From assembly GCA_963787125.1 (NCBI GenBank), contig CAWBBV010000004.1, positions 1-64,000 of the forward strand: a DNA stretch of 64,000 nt. Reading direction: 5' to 3'. Shown here piece by piece: positions 59,975 to 64,000 of this stretch. A program made the position numbers and the translations under genes. Position 1 is the first letter of the stretch, and every line of letters starts with the position of its first letter. The notes under the pieces are model-generated. The model made no database searches. It was given only the letters and a program-made list of their open reading frames with translations, and was not told the origin of the DNA. The DNA is from an uncultured delta proteobacterium. Lineage in GTDB: Bacteria > Desulfobacterota > Desulfuromonadia > Geobacterales > DSM-12255.

Positions 59975-61355
59975 ATGATGTCAAAAGACAAACTCTGGGG
60001 CGGACGCTTTGCCCAGCCGACCAACAAATTTGTAGAGGAGTTCACCGCTTCGATTAATTTCGACAAACGCCTCTACAGTCAAGATATACGGGGCTCCATA
60101 GCCCATGCCGCCATGCTGGGCAAGCAGGGGATCATCCCGCTGACCGATGTTGAGGCGATTACCAGCGGCCTTAACGACATCCTCAGCCAGATAGAAGCGG
60201 GCGAGTTTGACTTTTCGGTCAGTCTCGAAGACATCCATATGAACATCGAAGCCCGCCTCTCAGCCAAAATCGGCGAAGCAGGCAAGCGGCTCCATACCGG
60301 CCGCTCCCGTAACGACCAGGTGGCGCTGGACATCCGTCTTTACCTGCGGGACGAGATCGTCGAGGTCTCCGCCTATCTTGACCGGCTGATCGACTCGCTC
60401 CTGTTTCAGGCGGAAAAGAACATCAGCGTCATCATGCCGGGTTACACCCACCTGCAGACCGCCCAGCCGATCCTTTTCAGCCATCACATGCTCGCCTATG
60501 TGGAGATGTTCAGCCGGGACAAGGGGCGGATGGAGGACTGTCTCAAGCGGGTCAACGTCATGCCGCTCGGGGCGGGTGCTCTTGCCGGGACAACCTTTCC
60601 GATCGATCGCGAGCATGTGGCGCGAGCTGCTGGAGTTCCCGGAAGTGACTCGCAACTCCCTTGATTCGGTCTCTGACCGGGATTTTGCCCTGGAGTTCAT
60701 CAGCGCCTCAAGCATCCTGATGATGCATCTGTCCCGCTTCTCCGAGGAGCTGATTATCTGGTCAACCAGCGAATTCAAGTTCATCGACCTTTCCGACGGT
60801 TTCTGCACCGGATCAAGCATCATGCCCCAGAAAAAGAATCCGGATGTGCCGGAACTGGTGCGGGGGAAGACCGGTCGGGTCTACGGCAACCTCATGGCGC
60901 TCCTGACCGTCATGAAGGCGCTGCCGCTCGCCTACAACAAGGATATGCAGGAAGACAAGGAGCCGCTCTTCGACACCATCGACACGGTCAAAGGCTCTCT
61001 GAAAATATTTGCCGACATGATCCGGGAGATGAAAGTAAATAGTGCGAATATGCGCGCTGCCGCCGCGAAGGGTTTCTCCACCGCCACCGATGTGGCCGAT
61101 TATCTTGTCCGCCAGGGGATGCCGTTCCGTGATGCCCATGAAGTTGTGGGAAAATCGGTCGCTTACTGCCTGTCAAACAGCAAGGATCTGCCGGAGCTGA
61201 CCATGGAAGAGTGGCAGAGCTTCTCGACCATGATCGGTAGCGATATTTACGACAGTATTACTCTGGAGGCCTCTGTCAATGCCCGCACGGCGACCGGCGG
61301 CACGGCGCTGGCAGGGGTAAAACGGGAGATTGAACGTGTAAAGGCACGTCGCTGA
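59975..61355 (+). pseudogene. argH: argininosuccinate lyase with a +1 frameshift near 60620-60623 (possible sequence error)
   Basis: [16 protein letters not shown] and PGYTHLQ in one frame; [12 protein letters not shown] and [11 protein letters not shown] in another; otherwise intact. Confidence 0.92.
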
Positions 61356-61356
61356 G

Positions 61357-62115
61357 ATGAGAGTAGTTCTACCGCTTTTACTCTGCCTGTTGTTTCTCTC
61401 CGCCTGCGGCAGAAAGGGGGCGCTGATGCCGCCTGAAGCCCTTGTTCCGGCTGCCGTTCAGGATCTGAGCGTCCTGCAGTCCGGAGAGGATTTCAGGATT
61501 GTCTGGAGCGCACCGACGAAAGAGAAAGGCGGCCGGCCGCTGCGGGATCTGGCCGAATTCAGGCTGCTGCGGCGCAGCATCGCCGGTGATGGTAGCGACT
61601 GCTCGTCCTGTACCGACTCGTGGAAGCTGTTGACGACTGTTGCGCTGGACGTGCCTGGTGAGGCGGTAAAATACGGAGAAACCTTTATCTACCGGGACAA
61701 GGGTCTTGCTCCGGGCAGCAGCAGCCAGTACCGGCTGCTGGCCATAAGCCGGAGCGGCGGGATAAGCGCACCGGCAATCTCACCGGTGAAGAAGCTGCAG
61801 CCGGTTACAACTCCCCCCGCTTTGAAAGCGCAGCTCGCACCAGCTGCCATCAGGCTTGAATTCGGCGCTGTTGGGGCCGGCACAGCAAAACTGCTCGGTT
61901 TTAATATCTACCGCCGCAAAATTGGCGAAAATTCAGCCGCGCTACCGCAAAATGCCGTGCCGATCAATAAGAATTACTGGGAAGACCATGAGCTCGAACT
62001 CGGCCAGACCTACCGGTACAGAGCAACTGCAGTGGTGGAGCGTGAGGGTGAAACCGTCGAATCACCCCTTTCGGCAGAAATCGAACTGCTGTACTCTCTC
62101 CAGGAGCTCCGCTGA
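61357..62115 (+). CDS. lipoprotein with FN3-like domains
   Basis: LSACGRKG.L.PP lipoprotein start; GFNIYRR, YRYRATAV. Confidence 0.82.
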   Translation: MRVVLPLLLCLLFLSACGRKGALMPPEALVPAAVQDLSVLQSGEDFRIVWSAPTKEKGGRPLRDLAEFRLLRRSIAGDGSDCSSCTDSWKLLTTVALDVPGEAVKYGETFIYRDKGLAPGSSSQYRLLAISRSGGISAPAISPVKKLQPVTTPPALKAQLAPAAIRLEFGAVGAGTAKLLGFNIYRRKIGENSAALPQNAVPINKNYWEDHELELGQTYRYRATAVVEREGETVESPLSAEIELLYSLQELR

Positions 62116-62196
62116 CGACCCTACCGGCCTGAATATTTTGACTTTTCCCTGCCGGCATGATAGAAAAAAACACTTTTATTTGAAGCTTTTACAAAA

Positions 62197-62326
62197 ATGA
62201 ATCATTTTCAGTACAAGGGCATTGAACTTTTGCTGAGGATGTTGCCCTGAAAGATATTACCGAAAAAGTTGATCGCAAAAGGTTGTCTACTCCGGTGTCG
62301 GCGATACGGCCGCATCGTTCCTGTAA
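62197..62326 (+). pseudogene. lysA: collapsed diaminopimelate decarboxylase relic
   Basis: MNHFQYKGIEL/AEDVALKDITEKV + KVVYSGVG + DTAASFL* across frameshifts, at the usual lysA position. Confidence 0.7.
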
Positions 62327-62338
62327 ACAGGGGTTATT

Positions 62339-63838
62339 TTGCAAACCGGCAATGGGATAACAGTAAGGGTTCTTGGTGATTACGGTCCTTTCTCCCGCAT
62401 CGGGAAAAGTATCGGCTATCAGGTAACAATCGGCGCCAGCTGCTATCTGGTGGACTGCGGTTCGCCGGTCTTTCAGAAATTCGGCGGCCATGGGCTGAAA
62501 AACATCAGCGGCCTGATCATAACCCACTGCCATGATGACCACAAACGGTGGTTCTCTGATTTTGCCCTGTTCAACAGATATGCTCCCGACGTCAACCACC
62601 GCTTGTGCCTTTTGACCTCGGACAAGGTCAACAGCGGTCTTATCGATGCCTCGGTATCAGCCCTGTCCTTGAGTCTGGCCGATGATTGCCGCCAGATAGT
62701 CGACATCCCTTATGATGACTATGTCGACTTCAGATCCATAGCGCCTGCAGCGAAATACCGGATAGAGCGACTCCATGAAGGAGCTGGGCTCTCCCGGCTG
62801 GCGGTTGTGAACACAGACGGCAGCGTTGTCCCAGCAGAGCTCGCAAAAATCTTTATCGGCGCGAGCGGCGTCCCGAGGATGCTTTTCCGGGACCCACCTT
62901 CAGGTGAATGGGTCGAACCGGAAAGCTTTTACCCGTTTTCTGCCGATGTTTTTTATGACAGCGCCTGGGCTCCTTTTGTCGACCCCGAAGGCTTCACCAT
63001 CGAGGCGATCAATGCGCCGGTATGGCACGGCGTCCCGAGCATCGGCGTCAAGTTCAGTACCGGCAAAGAGACGGTCATCTTCAGCTCCGACACAAACCAT
63101 GATCTTGAGCTATGGCAATCGCTTTATCAGGATAAGATCCCGCAGAAGCGGAAGCTCAGTGACAAGGAGTTTGCAGAAGCTGCCGTTATTTACGGCGACA
63201 TCAATGACTATATTGAACGGATCTGGAGCGAAGCCCGCTACACAGATGCCATTGCAGCTTTCAGCACAGGAATAATCATTCATGATATCGCCGTCAGAAA
63301 GAGCGTCGTTCATACCGATTATCGCCGCCTGAACCAGACAACCCTTGAGAAGTCGCGGACAGTCCTGACCCACAGCCCGGACAAAATGACCTCCGCCTGG
63401 CTGTTAAGCGAAGCAGACAAAGAGTTTATGGTCACGGCGGACAGCTTTTATGAAGTTGTCAACGGAGAGTTTTTACCGATTATCGGCGACTTCTTTCACA
63501 AAGAGGATGGCAGGTATTTCGTCTGTTTCCGCAATGACCATGGCGTGCACTCGATTTATGAAGGCGATGCGGTCCTGAGCCTCTCCACCGACCCGTTCAG
63601 AGGGGACAACCTTATTGCCCATGTTGATGTTTATGAAGATTTTCATGGCCAGTATCTGCCAAGACTGGATGCCGGGGATGATCACTATCGTCTCCGCCCG
63701 GACGGCAGGATTGAACTGGTTAAATTTACCGAATATGGCAGCTCCGGAACATTTGTCGAGGATCAACGCCCGCGGCTGACCGCCGAATTTATTGCCAGAA
63801 ATCAGCTTTTCCAGAATAGCAAAACCGAGGAGGAATAG
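62339..63838 (+). CDS. metallo-beta-lactamase-fold protein
   Basis: LVDCG, THCHDDH (HxHxDH), WHG, FSSDT, IIHD, VHT. Confidence 0.8.
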   Translation: MQTGNGITVRVLGDYGPFSRIGKSIGYQVTIGASCYLVDCGSPVFQKFGGHGLKNISGLIITHCHDDHKRWFSDFALFNRYAPDVNHRLCLLTSDKVNSGLIDASVSALSLSLADDCRQIVDIPYDDYVDFRSIAPAAKYRIERLHEGAGLSRLAVVNTDGSVVPAELAKIFIGASGVPRMLFRDPPSGEWVEPESFYPFSADVFYDSAWAPFVDPEGFTIEAINAPVWHGVPSIGVKFSTGKETVIFSSDTNHDLELWQSLYQDKIPQKRKLSDKEFAEAAVIYGDINDYIERIWSEARYTDAIAAFSTGIIIHDIAVRKSVVHTDYRRLNQTTLEKSRTVLTHSPDKMTSAWLLSEADKEFMVTADSFYEVVNGEFLPIIGDFFHKEDGRYFVCFRNDHGVHSIYEGDAVLSLSTDPFRGDNLIAHVDVYEDFHGQYLPRLDAGDDHYRLRPDGRIELVKFTEYGSSGTFVEDQRPRLTAEFIARNQLFQNSKTEEE

Positions 63839-63840
63839 TC

Positions 63841-64000
63841 ATGTTTAAGGGAAGCATTGTTGCCATCGTCACCCCGTTCTGTAACGGCGCTGTTGATGAG
63901 AAAAAACTGCGGGAACTGGTGGATTTCCAGATTGATAACGGCACCGACGCCATTGTCGCCTGCGGCACCACCGGCGAATCATCCACCCTGGATAACGAGG
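63841..64000 (+). CDS. dapA: 4-hydroxy-tetrahydrodipicolinate synthase (5' part)
   Basis: [13 protein letters not shown]...[23 protein letters not shown]. Confidence 0.93.
   Translation, partial: MFKGSIVAIVTPFCNGAVDEKKLRELVDFQIDNGTDAIVACGTTGESSTLDNE

Overview
The window looks like a Geobacteraceae/Desulfuromonadales chromosome segment, judged from gene content and the argB-D-F-G-H-lipoprotein-(lysA)-dapA order. Bases 1-5.2 kb form an accessory, defence-like patch. There, four truncated copies of the 5' end of a vsr (very-short-patch repair endonuclease) gene alternate with cargo genes: an AlbA_2/HATPase protein, a Fic toxin with a hidden convergent antitoxin, a truncated KilA-N gene, and a Zn-ribbon ORF with a frameshifted DUF2075 helicase. 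The patch also carries a 173-bp duplication and a 50-bp palindrome at a breakpoint. The rest is mostly core genes: an orphan MdtA-like adaptor, a CDF transporter, a 5xFN3 lipoprotein, a TetR-regulated RND pump, c-di-GMP signalling genes, a CarF-like desaturase, wrbA, comM, corA, polA, larB/larE, cobM, a sulfate assimilation cluster, a probable 6S RNA and the arg operon. The arg-dap region holds several insertions: an MNT-HEPN pair, a two-SDR plus GT2 cassette, a Whirly-like protein gene and an MBL-fold gene. argH is frameshifted and lysA appears reduced to a ~130-nt relic. Several intergenic short-period inverted-repeat elements are scattered through the window. All family assignments come from motif recognition by eye; no searches were run.
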